Origin: an uncultured Actinomycetes bacterium
GTDB lineage: Bacteria; Actinomycetota; Acidimicrobiia; Acidimicrobiales; AC-9
Assembly (NCBI GenBank): GCA_963731255.1
Contig: CAVSUO010000007.1
Coordinates: forward strand, 9,755-73,754
Reading direction: 5' to 3'
DNA: 64,000 nucleotides
Part shown: piece by piece, positions 49,505 to 57,728 of the stretch
Position numbering within the stretch: position 1 is the first letter of the stretch
How the letters are laid out: each line of letters begins with the position of its first letter
The notes under the pieces: model-generated
What the model was told of the DNA's origin: nothing
What the model saw: only the letters and a program-made list of their open reading frames with translations
Database searches by the model: none
Program-made: the position numbers and the translations under genes

Positions 49505-51609
49505 TCAGCGCAGCATCCTGTCGAGCCGCAGCGGCAGGTCGCGTACCCGGATCCCCGTGGCGTGATGAGCGGCGTTGGCGATGGCGGCTGCCGTGCCGAC
49601 GATCCCGATCTCGCCGATGCCCTTGGCCCCGATCGGGCCCAGCTCGGGCTCCTCCTCGTCGACCCAGGTCGCCTCGATGTCCATGACGTCGGCACAGGCG
49701 GCCACGTGGTAGCTGGCCAGGTCGTGGTTGGGGAAGTCGCCGAACTCGGGGTCCAGGGCGCTCTCCTCGTGAAGGGCCATCGAGAGCCCCATCGTCATAC
49801 CGCCGATGAGCTGCGACCGTGCCGTGGTGGCGTTCACGATGCGTCCAGCGGCGAACACGCCGAGCAGGCGGGGAACGCGCACCTCACCCGTGTCGGCGTC
49901 CACGCGCACCTCGGCGAACTGCGCTCCGAAGGAGTACCGGGCCGAGTTGGAGAGCGCGGCGATGTCCGCGTCGGTGCTCGCCTCCTCCGACAGCCCGCCG
50001 GGCGGCACGGTGCCGTCGTGATCGCGCTCGATCCGCTCCCGCAGGGCACGACAGACCTTGACGATCGCCCAGGTCCACGACGCCGTGCCCATGGAGCCGC
50101 CGGCGATCATCGCATCCGGCAACGAGCTGTCGCCGATGCGCATCTCGACCGCCTCGGTCGGGACGTCGAGCGCCTCGGCGGCGATCAGGAGCAACGCCGT
50201 CCGCGCGCCGGTGCCGATGTCGACCGCTGCGATCGAGACCTCGAAGCGGCCCGAATCGTCGGCCGTCACGCGTGCGCTCGAGGGAAGCGCCCGCGCCGGG
50301 TAGGTGGACGACGCCACCCCTGTGCCGACCAGCCACGGCCCATGTCGCCGAACCCCCGGCCGCGGATCCCGCTGCCCCCACCCGAACCGGGCTGCTCCTT
50401 CGCGCAGGCACGCCACCAGGTTGCGGCTGGAGAAGGCCTGACCCGTCTCGGGATCAGAGGGGGGCTCGTTGCGGATGCGCAGCTCGACCGGGTCGAGGCC
50501 GCAGGCCTGCGACAGCTCGTCCATTGCCGATTCGAGCGCGAACATCCCCGGGCACTCGCCCGGCGCTCGCATCCACGACGGCGTCGGGACGTCGAGCCGC
50601 GCCAGCCGGTGCGTCGTCCGGCGGTGCGGCGCCGCGTACATGTGACGGGTGGCGACCGCGGTCTGCTCGGCGAACTCCTTGAGGGTCGAGCTCTGCTCCA
50701 CCACGTCGTGGGCGACGGCGACCAGGCGACCATCCACGTCGGCGCCCAGCCGCACGCGCTGTATCGAGGGGCAGCGGTGGCCGACAACCGAGAACATCTG
50801 CTGGCGGGTGAGGGTGCACTTGACGGGACGTTGCACGACCTTGGCCGCCATGGCGGCCAGGACGACGTTGGGCCGGGCGAAACCCTTTGAGCCGAACCCG
50901 CCGCCGACGTGCTCGGAGATGACACGGACATGGGAGGGATCCAGGCCGAACAGGGTGGCGATGGTGGGCTTCACGCGGGGAGGTCCCTGGCTCGAGTCGA
51001 TCAACGTCAGCCGGTCACCGTCCCAGGCCGCGACCGTGGCGTGCGGTTCCATGGGATTGTTGTGCTCGGCCGGCGTCCGGTAGGTCTCGTCGACCCGGAC
51101 GGGAGCATCGGTGAAGGCGCGATCGAAGTCGCCGACCGCCGTGTCGGTCGGCGAAGCGGGGATTGACGAACTCCGGCGCGTACAGCTTCGGATGGTCCGT
51201 CGTCAGGGTGACGTCGTGGCCGGCAACGGCGTAGTCGATCGTCACCGTCTCGGCAGCCTCGCGAGCGGCCTCGAGGCTCGTCGCCACGGCCGCGGCCACG
51301 AGCTGACCACGGTAGGCAACCGACGCGCGACTGGAACAGGGCCAGCTCGCGATCGTCGGTTGCCGCCAGCCGCGGCGCGTTGTCCGGGGAGATCACGGCC
51401 AGCACGCCGGGGAGAGCGAGAGCCGCCTCGGCCCCTACCGAGCGGATCTCCCCCTTGGCGATCGTCGCCGCGATCGGCCACGCATAGGCGATGTCGTCGA
51501 GGGGATGCTCGAAGGCGTACCGGGCCCGGCCGCTGACCTTGTCCGGTGCCTCCACGCGGCTGATGGCCGCGCCGGTCGATCGTCTGCCAGGCTCGGTCAG
51601 GACGCTCAC
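49505..51609 (-). pseudogene. Xanthine dehydrogenase/CoxL-family molybdopterin-binding large subunit, about 3 frameshifts (51.0-51.35 kb)
   Basis: The N-terminal part reads SRVEAPDKVSGRARYAFE. The long C-terminal ORF (49505-51052) reads MEPHATVAAWDGDRLTLIDSSQGP...GGGFGSKG.... The GTG start overlaps the FAD-subunit stop as GTGA. Confidence 0.85.
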
Positions 51610-52595
51610 GCGTCGAGCCCCGCCAGGTCGGACAGCGTGCGGGTGATCACGTTGCGAACGAGGGGCACCTTGAAGCCGTTGTCGCGCCGCGGTCGGGCCT
51701 CGGCAAGCTCGGCCTCGGCCGCGAGACGGAAGCTCGCCTCGGTCGCCGGCCTGCCCCGTAGGGCCTCCTCGGCCCGGTGGGCGCGCCACGGCACCGGAGC
51801 GACCGCTCCCAGGGCCAGGCGGACGTCATGCACGACGCCCTCCCGGACGTCGAGGGCGGCGGCCACGGCAGCCACGGCGAAGGCGTACGACGCCCGATCT
51901 CGCACCTTGCGGTAGGTCGAGCACCTGGCGAAGCCGAGGTGCGGAACCTCGACGGCCGTGATCAGCGAGCCGTGCGGCAGGGTCGTGTCCCGGTGGGGCT
52001 CGTCACCGGGCAGCCGGTACAGCTCGGCGATGGGTATGGCTCGTGTACCGCGGGTCTCCTCGAGGTGGACGACGGCATCGAGAGCCACGAGGGCAACGGC
52101 CATGTCCGAGGGGTGCGTCGCGATGCACGACGACGAGCCACCCAGGATGGCAAGGTTGCGATGGTCACCCTCCATCGCCGGACACCCCGACCCCGGTACC
52201 CGCTTGTTGCACGGCTTGGTGACGTCCTGGAAGTACAGGCATCGGGTGCGCTGGAGGAGGTTGCCGCCAACGGTGGCCATGTTTCGCAGCTGACCCGAAG
52301 CACCGGCGAGCACGGCTCGGGCCAGCACGGGTAGCTCGCGCCGGATGACGAGATCGGCGACCAGCTCACTGTTACGGACGCCCGCTCCGACGCGAACGCT
52401 GCCGTCGGCCGCCACCTCGATCCCGTCGAGCGGCAACCGGGTGATGTCGACCAGCAGCTCCGGCGCCTCGACCCCGAGCTTCATGAGGTCGACGAGGTTG
52501 GTGCCGCCCGCGAGGAAGGCCGCAGGCGGGGAGCCCGTCACCGCCTCGACGGCCCCCGCCGTGTCGGCCGCCCGCTGGTAACCGAACTGCCTCAT
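51606..52595 (-). CDS. Xanthine dehydrogenase-family FAD-binding subunit (CoxM-like)
   Basis: From ATG 52593-52595 (MRQFGYQRA...). The block FLAGGTNLVDLMK is present. ATGA overlap with the upstream small subunit. Confidence 0.85.
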   Translation of the reverse strand: MRQFGYQRAADTAGAVEAVTGSPPAAFLAGGTNLVDLMKLGVEAPELLVDITRLPLDGIEVAADGSVRVGAGVRNSELVADLVIRRELPVLARAVLAGASGQLRNMATVGGNLLQRTRCLYFQDVTKPCNKRVPGSGCPAMEGDHRNLAILGGSSSCIATHPSDMAVALVALDAVVHLEETRGTRAIPIAELYRLPGDEPHRDTTLPHGSLITAVEVPHLGFARCSTYRKVRDRASYAFAVAAVAAALDVREGVVHDVRLALGAVAPVPWRAHRAEEALRGRPATEASFRLAAEAELAEARPRRDNGFKVPLVRNVITRTLSDLAGLDA

Positions 52596-53110
52596 CGGGC
52601 GTCGAGGATCGCAGGGACGATGTTGGCGTACGCGCCGCAGCGGCACAGGTTGCCGCTCATCCGCTCTCGCACCTCGCCGGCATCGAGCCTCACGGTCTCG
52701 CTGCCGAGGTCATCGGTGACGGCGCTCGGCCAGCCGAGGCCGGCCTCGGCCAGCATGCCCACCGCCGAGCAGATCTGACCGGGCGTGCAGTACCCGCACT
52801 GCAGCGCGTCGCGGTCCACGAACGAGGCTTGCACCGGGTGCATCTCGTCCTCAGTTGCGAGGCCCTCGACGGTGGTGATGTCGGCACCCTCCATCGCCAC
52901 GGCGAACAGCAGGCAGCCGTTGGCCCGCCGACCATCGATGAGAACGGTGCACGCTCCGCACTGTCCGTGATCGCAGCCCTTCTTCGATCCGACGAGATCG
53001 AGGTGCTCGCGCAAGGCGTCGAGCAGCGTCGTCCGGTTGTCGAGCGTGAGCGAGCGGGTCTCGCCGTTCACGCGCAGGCTGATACGGCTCACGGTCGATG
53101 CGTCGCTCAC
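52592..53110 (-). CDS. Xanthine dehydrogenase-family [2Fe-2S] small subunit (CoxS-like)
   Basis: Both cluster motifs are present: GCDHGQCGACTV and ALQCGYCTPG...NLCRCGAY. Start is GTG 53110 or GTG 53089. Confidence 0.85.
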   Translation of the reverse strand: MSDASTVSRISLRVNGETRSLTLDNRTTLLDALREHLDLVGSKKGCDHGQCGACTVLIDGRRANGCLLFAVAMEGADITTVEGLATEDEMHPVQASFVDRDALQCGYCTPGQICSAVGMLAEAGLGWPSAVTDDLGSETVRLDAGEVRERMSGNLCRCGAYANIVPAILDAR

Positions 53111-53270
53111 GCCCTCAGCCGCCCCCCGGGTCCGTCGATCGGCCTGCGCCACCGCACCAGCTATACCCTCGGCTAGGGGCTGGTATCCAGAGCCCGCTGG
53201 CTCGCCGCCCTCACGCTGCGGGTAAGGTCGTAGGGAGTACCAACCCCCCAGGTGGGAGGACTGACGACCG

Positions 53271-53831
53271 ATGACGACGACGGGTGTGCGAGCCTCGTTC
53301 AAGAGCTTCGACGAGTCCACCAGTGAGGACTGGGCGGCGATCATGCCCCAGCTCCAGGTGACCCAGAGCATGGTCGCCGATCGCGTCCTCGAGCAGCTGG
53401 GCTACCTGCGCAACGACTACGGCGGGTTCCCCGTCGACCGCCTCGAGCACTCGCTGCAGACGGCGACCCGAGCCGAGCGGGACGGTCGCGACGACGAGTA
53501 CCTCGTGTGCGCGCTCCTCCACGACATCGGCGACACCCTGGCCCCGTTCAACCATCCCGCCATCGCCGCCGGCATCCTGCAGCCCTTCGTGTCGGAGGCG
53601 AACCATTGGATGGTCGCCCACCACGGGACCTTCCAGGGCTACTACTTCTGGCACCACATCGGGCTGGACAAGGACGCCCGCGATGCCCACCGGGACTCGC
53701 CGTACTTCGACTACACGGCCGAGTTCTGCGCCAAGTACGACCAGGTGGCCTTCGACAGCGACTACCGGAGCGAGCCGCTCGAGCACTACGAGCCCCTCCT
53801 CCGGAGCTTCTTCGGCCCCAAGGGGGCGTAG
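53271..53831 (+). CDS. HD-domain protein (PhnZ/MIOX-like metal-dependent enzyme fold)
   Basis: Intact 186-aa ORF with GGGAGGA 10 nt upstream. Candidate metal ligands are LEHSLQ, ALLHDIGD and HH..FQGYYFWHH. Confidence 0.6.
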   Translation: MTTTGVRASFKSFDESTSEDWAAIMPQLQVTQSMVADRVLEQLGYLRNDYGGFPVDRLEHSLQTATRAERDGRDDEYLVCALLHDIGDTLAPFNHPAIAAGILQPFVSEANHWMVAHHGTFQGYYFWHHIGLDKDARDAHRDSPYFDYTAEFCAKYDQVAFDSDYRSEPLEHYEPLLRSFFGPKGA

Positions 53832-54000
53832 CGACAGGGCACCGCCGCCGGTGGCCGTGCCAGCCACCATCCCGGCAAACCTTGTGGCCGAACCGGGACA
53901 CAATGGGCGATACTGGGCACCGTGGCCACCGAGGCTGTGGGGCGCCTCGCCTCAGTTGAGGACCGTGAGCGGGACGTGGAGAAGCCCGGCCCGCGCCGCG

Positions 54001-54006
54001 TAGGCT
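54001..54006 (+). promoter_or_regulatory. Candidate -10 hexamer (TAGGCT) positioned for a leaderless ParA-like mRNA
   Basis: It matches the TANNNT pattern, ends 7 nt before GTG 54014, and no Shine-Dalgarno sequence lies between. Confidence 0.25.
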
Positions 54007-54013
54007 CCCAGCC

Positions 54014-54640
54014 GTGCTGATCGTCGTTGCAGCCCTGAAGGGCGGAGTCGGGAAGACGACCGTTGCCGTGGGCCTGGCCGAGGCCGCTGCCAACGAGCAC
54101 GGATCTGCGCTCCTCGTGGACGCCGACCCGCAGGCCTCGGCCATGCGCTGGTCGGACACGGCGTCCGAGGAGGGCTCCGGGCTCCGGGCGGTCACGGTGT
54201 CACTGCCCACCCGGGATCTCCGCCGACGCCTGAGTGGGATCGGCAGCAGCTACCCGGTGGTGGTCGTGGACACCCCGCCCGGCCAGCTGCCGATCGTCTC
54301 AGCAGCCGTCGACATCGCCGATGTGGTGGTCGTGCCGTCCCAGACCAGTTGGTCCGACCTCGATCGACTGGACAACACCCTCGACCTGGCCCGGGAGGCC
54401 CGCGTGCCGGCGCTGGTGGTGCTGAACCGCGTGCGAGCCGGCACCCGGTCGTGGGACGAGGCCACGGCCAGCCTCGAGGAGGCCCGTGTCTGGCTGGCCA
54501 AGACCGCCCTCCCCCAACGGGAAGCCATCGCCGCCACCTACGGCCGCCGCCCCGGATCGGCCCTGATCTCCCTGACTGGAGAGCTCGTGGCGGAGATCGA
54601 GGCGGGGGTCAACTCGCGTCGCAAGCGCCGCCGCTCGTGA
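54014..54640 (+). CDS. ParA/MinD-family P-loop ATPase, small (ParF-size) orphan
   Basis: Intact 208-aa ORF with the deviant Walker A LKGGVGKTT, Walker A-prime LLVDADPQ, and Walker B VVVVDTPP. Confidence 0.85.
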   Translation: MLIVVAALKGGVGKTTVAVGLAEAAANEHGSALLVDADPQASAMRWSDTASEEGSGLRAVTVSLPTRDLRRRLSGIGSSYPVVVVDTPPGQLPIVSAAVDIADVVVVPSQTSWSDLDRLDNTLDLAREARVPALVVLNRVRAGTRSWDEATASLEEARVWLAKTALPQREAIAATYGRRPGSALISLTGELVAEIEAGVNSRRKRRRS

Positions 54641-54749
54641 GCTGACGCCGCGCCGGGTGTGGATTTCAGCCGACGCTGGCAGCGATCCCCTCTCACCGGT
54701 GCCGGATACATGAGAGCATCGTGAGATCGGCCAAAGGGGGGCGGTGCAC

Positions 54750-55043
54750 ATGAGCTTTGTGCAGATCATCGAGTATCGGAGCGCCAACATCGACGCCATG
54801 CAGGGCGTCGCAGAGCGTTGGGAGAAGGCGACCGAGGGGAAGCGGTCAGCCGGCCGGCGCGTCGTGTGCCGGGACCGCAAGGACCCGAACCATTACTTCA
54901 CTGTGGTCTTCTTCGACTCCTACGAGTCGGCGATGCAGAACTCGAATATGCCTGAGACCCAGCAGTTCTCACAGGAGATGATGAACTTCGCTGACGGGCC
55001 ACCCACGTTCCACGACCTGGACGTCATCGACGACCGCTCCTGA
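54750..55043 (+). CDS. Small alpha+beta (ABM/dimeric ferredoxin-like) protein, function unknown
   Basis: 97 aa from ATG 54750 (AAAGGGGGG upstream); the track starts at GTG 54744. It reads MSFVQIIEYRS...HYFTVVFFDSYESAM. The fold call is tentative. Local GC is lower than in the flanks. Confidence 0.5.
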   Translation: MSFVQIIEYRSANIDAMQGVAERWEKATEGKRSAGRRVVCRDRKDPNHYFTVVFFDSYESAMQNSNMPETQQFSQEMMNFADGPPTFHDLDVIDDRS

Positions 55044-55142
55044 GCACCGGCCGTCAGAGGGGTCGAGCGGGGCTTCGCCCCCGTGTGACACCCGAGCAGC
55101 TGGCGGCTGACAACGCCCTGCGACCGCCCTGGCCTTCCTGTC

Positions 55143-55158
55143 GGCCTGGGCCCAGGCC
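55143..55158. repeat. Perfect 16-nt palindrome GGCCTGGGCCCAGGCC
   Basis: Read directly from the sequence. It lies immediately upstream of the TAGAAT hexamer. Confidence 0.9.
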
Positions 55159-55164
55159 TAGAAT
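55159..55164 (+). promoter_or_regulatory. Candidate -10 hexamer (TAGAAT) positioned for a leaderless mRNA starting at ATG 55171
   Basis: TAGAAT ends 6 nt before the ATG. Confidence 0.3.
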
Positions 55165-55170
55165 TCCCAT

Positions 55171-55577
55171 ATGGCAGACTCCACCCCGCGCTGATCAGCG
55201 CCATCCTGGCCTTCTCGACCTTGCTGGTGACCGCTGCCTTATGGCGACACCCTGTGGCCCTGATCGTGCTCGTTTTGGCCGTAGGGGTGGCGATATTCCT
55301 GCTGAGACCTACCCGGGCAAGCCTGGTTGTCTACGCGGTCGGATTCATCTTCGGACCGGCGGCCGAGGCTCTCGGTATTCATGCTGGAGCGTGGCGTTAC
55401 TCGAGCAACGATTTCCTTGGTATCCCCGTGTGGTTGCCATTCGTATGGGGCAATGCCGCGCTCTTCATACAGAACACCGGCGACGTGGCCAGCAGCGTTC
55501 TCTCCGCTGGTCGCCGGCGACGCGAGTGGCGGCGCCTGCCGCCCGAGCCCACCGAGGTTGATCGCGAACGGGTCTGA
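55171..55577 (+). pseudogene. Small membrane protein (3-4 TM segments), probable frameshift near 55190
   Basis: ATG GCA GAC TCC ACC CCG CGC then TGA. The +1 frame continues LISAILAFSTLLVTAALWRHPVALIVLVLAVGV..., which is the track ORF 55221-55577. Confidence 0.45.
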
Positions 55578-55585
55578 GCGTCGTC

Positions 55586-55613
55586 TTGACACCGCCGCCG
55601 CCGGGAAGATAAT
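55586..55613 (+). promoter_or_regulatory. Near-consensus sigma-70-type promoter TTGACA-N16-GATAAT
   Basis: TTGACA lies at 55586-55591 and GATAAT at 55608-55613. ATG 55622 begins 9 nt after the -10 hexamer, so the transcript would have a leader of 0-2 nt. Confidence 0.5.
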
Positions 55614-55621
55614 GAAAGTGC

Positions 55622-56281
55622 ATGAGAGATCACAAAGGTTTGCCCTCATGCGCTAATGGAACGCTCAGGATCGTGCCGTGGCCAGACGTGGTCATCGACG
55701 CCCTCGGCCACGATCCCCGATCGCCGTACGTGGAGTCGTACTGGCTGGCGGTCCTGGGCCCGTCGACGACGTGGTTGCTGCGGCGGCTGGCCTCCCGCCT
55801 GGAGGTCGAGCCCGACGGGTTCTCCCTCGACCTGGCCGAGACGGCCCGCAGCCTGGGTCTGGGCATGAGAGGGGGCCGCAGCTCGCCCTTCGTGCGCGCC
55901 CTCGGTCGCTGCGTCGTCTTCGAGCTGGCCAGGCCGCAGACCTACGACAGCCTGGCCGTGCGCCGACGTCTCCCGCCGCTCAGCCGCAGGCAGGTCCTGC
56001 ACCTGCCGGAGTCACTGCAGCACAGCCACCGGCGTTGGCAGGACGCCCAGCTGGCACCGGCGGCCGAGGCGCGCCAACGCCAGCGCTCGCGCCAGCTCGC
56101 CCTCAGCCTGCGCCAACTGGGCGAGGACCACGACTCGGTGGAGCGACAGCTGAAGCGATGGCGGTTCGGGCCCGCCCTGGCAAAGGAGTCGACAGCCTGG
56201 GCCTGGGAGCGCCCGCCGCTCCTCAGCGGTGAGGCGGCGCCTCCCGGCGGGGTGCCGCGAACTGCGACGCCAGCTCGATGA
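55622..56281 (+). CDS. Hypothetical protein, 219 aa, possible helix-turn-helix N-terminal half and Arg/Gln-rich helical C-terminal half
   Basis: Intact ORF with native GC. It contains YVESYWLAVLGPSTTWLLRRLA and FVRALGRCVVFELA. I cannot place it in a family. Its last 59 nt overlap the convergent pepA 3-prime end. Confidence 0.6.
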   Translation: MRDHKGLPSCANGTLRIVPWPDVVIDALGHDPRSPYVESYWLAVLGPSTTWLLRRLASRLEVEPDGFSLDLAETARSLGLGMRGGRSSPFVRALGRCVVFELARPQTYDSLAVRRRLPPLSRRQVLHLPESLQHSHRRWQDAQLAPAAEARQRQRSRQLALSLRQLGEDHDSVERQLKRWRFGPALAKESTAWAWERPPLLSGEAAPPGGVPRTATPAR

Positions 56282-57728
56282 GGGTACGCACGCCGAAGCC
56301 CGTTGCCCCCTTGTGCGTGTAGCCCTCGTCGGCATCCGAGCGCGCCGGCCCGGCGATGTCGAGGTGCGCCCAGGGCACGTCGCCGACGAACTCCCCCAGG
56401 ATGAGACCGGCGGTCAGAGCGCCGCCGGCCCCGGCCGGCGAGGAGATGTTCTTCATGTCGGCCACCTCGGACTCGATGCCCTTGCGGTACTCCTCCGGCA
56501 GCGGCAGGTGCCAGACCGGCTCGCCGGCCCGCTCCGACGCCCCTCGGACCTGGCCCACCAGGTCCTCGTTGTTACCCATGAGCCCGGCGATCTGGCGACC
56601 GAGGGCGACGACGCAGGCGCCGGTCAGCGTGGCCACGTCGACGATGGCGTCGGGAGCCGCCTCGGCCGCCAGCGACAGGCCGTCGGCCAGCACCAGGCGC
56701 CCCTCGGCGTCGGTGTTGAGCACCTCGATCGTCTTGCCGTTGCGGATCTTCAGCACGTCCCCCGGCTTGACGGCTCGGCCCCCGGGCATGTTCTCGGTGG
56801 CCGGCACGATGGCGATCACCTTGGCCGCGACTCCGAGGTCTGCGAGCGCCGACATGGTGGCGAGCACGGCAGCGGCCCCGCTCATGTCGGTCTTCATGGT
56901 CATCATCCCGTCGGCGGTCTTGATCGACAGCCCGCCGGAGTCGAAGGTGATGCCCTTGCCGACGAGCGCCACGGTCGGCACGTGCCCGTCACCGACGCCA
57001 GGCGCCGGGCTCGAGGGCTGATAGACGAGCTCGATCAGGCGGGGCGGCTCCTCCGAGCCCTGGGCCACGCCCGCCAGACCGCCCAGACCCTCGCTGGCGA
57101 TCGCCACCTCGTCGAGAATGGTGACCGACAGGCCGTGCCGGTCGGCCAGCTCGCGAGCCACGTCGGCCAGGCGCCTGGGCGTCATCGCCCCAGCGGGCTC
57201 GTTGACCAGATCCCGGGCCATGCAGACGGCCTCGGCGATGCGGGCGCCTCGCACGACGCCAGCCCCCAGCGCAGCGGCGTCGTCGCCGACGACTGACAGG
57301 CGCTCGAGCCTGCTCGGCTTGGCCTGACCCTTGTACGTCGTGAACTGGTAGGCAGCCAGGGCGATCCCCTCGACCACGGCCTCGGCGGCGGTGCCGGCGT
57401 CAAGGCCTGCCGGCCGTGCCCCAGGGAGGCTGAAGGCAGCCGCCGCCGCATGCCCGGACGTCCGGGCGAACGCCGCCCCCGCCTTTCGCAGGGTCTCGCG
57501 TCCCACCTCGTCGGGCGCGCCCAGGCCCACCACCACGACCGTGACGTCGTCGTCGCCCTGGAGGGCGAGGGCTTCACCCGCCTTGGCCTCGAAGCCGCGC
57601 TGCTCGCAGAACCGCCGGTCGATCTCGACCGGCACTCCGGGCACGGGCTCCAGCCCGGCGAAGACGGGAATGCCGAGGGCGTCCAGGTCCTGCGGGAGCT
57701 CGCCCGCGGTGGTGAAGGCGATGGGCAT
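56223..57728 (-). CDS. pepA: Leucyl aminopeptidase (M17)
   Basis: 501 aa from ATG 57726-57728 (MPIAFTTAGELPQ...). The M17 signature NTDAEGRLVLAD and the block VGKGITFDSGG are present. The start overlaps the upstream stop by 1 nt (TGATG). Confidence 0.9.
   Translation of the reverse strand: MPIAFTTAGELPQDLDALGIPVFAGLEPVPGVPVEIDRRFCEQRGFEAKAGEALALQGDDDVTVVVVGLGAPDEVGRETLRKAGAAFARTSGHAAAAAFSLPGARPAGLDAGTAAEAVVEGIALAAYQFTTYKGQAKPSRLERLSVVGDDAAALGAGVVRGARIAEAVCMARDLVNEPAGAMTPRRLADVARELADRHGLSVTILDEVAIASEGLGGLAGVAQGSEEPPRLIELVYQPSSPAPGVGDGHVPTVALVGKGITFDSGGLSIKTADGMMTMKTDMSGAAAVLATMSALADLGVAAKVIAIVPATENMPGGRAVKPGDVLKIRNGKTIEVLNTDAEGRLVLADGLSLAAEAAPDAIVDVATLTGACVVALGRQIAGLMGNNEDLVGQVRGASERAGEPVWHLPLPEEYRKGIESEVADMKNISSPAGAGGALTAGLILGEFVGDVPWAHLDIAGPARSDADEGYTHKGATGFGVRTLIELASQFAAPRREAPPHR

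Noticed and set aside
55159-55176. Adjacent EcoRI (GAATTC) and NdeI (CATATG) sites, reminiscent of a cloning-vector junction.
   Set aside because: No other vector-like sequence flanks the sites. The coding sequence and GC gradient continue smoothly. The bases are equally well explained as a TAGAAT -10 element plus an ATG start.
54709-55628. A repeated CATGAGAG motif (54709-54716 and 55621-55628; a related CATGAGC at 54749-54755), plus a 4-codon mini-ORF ATGAGAGCATCGTGA upstream of the 97-aa gene.
   Set aside because: The identity spans only 8 nt, and two of the three copies simply contain start codons. That is too short to separate from chance without comparative data.
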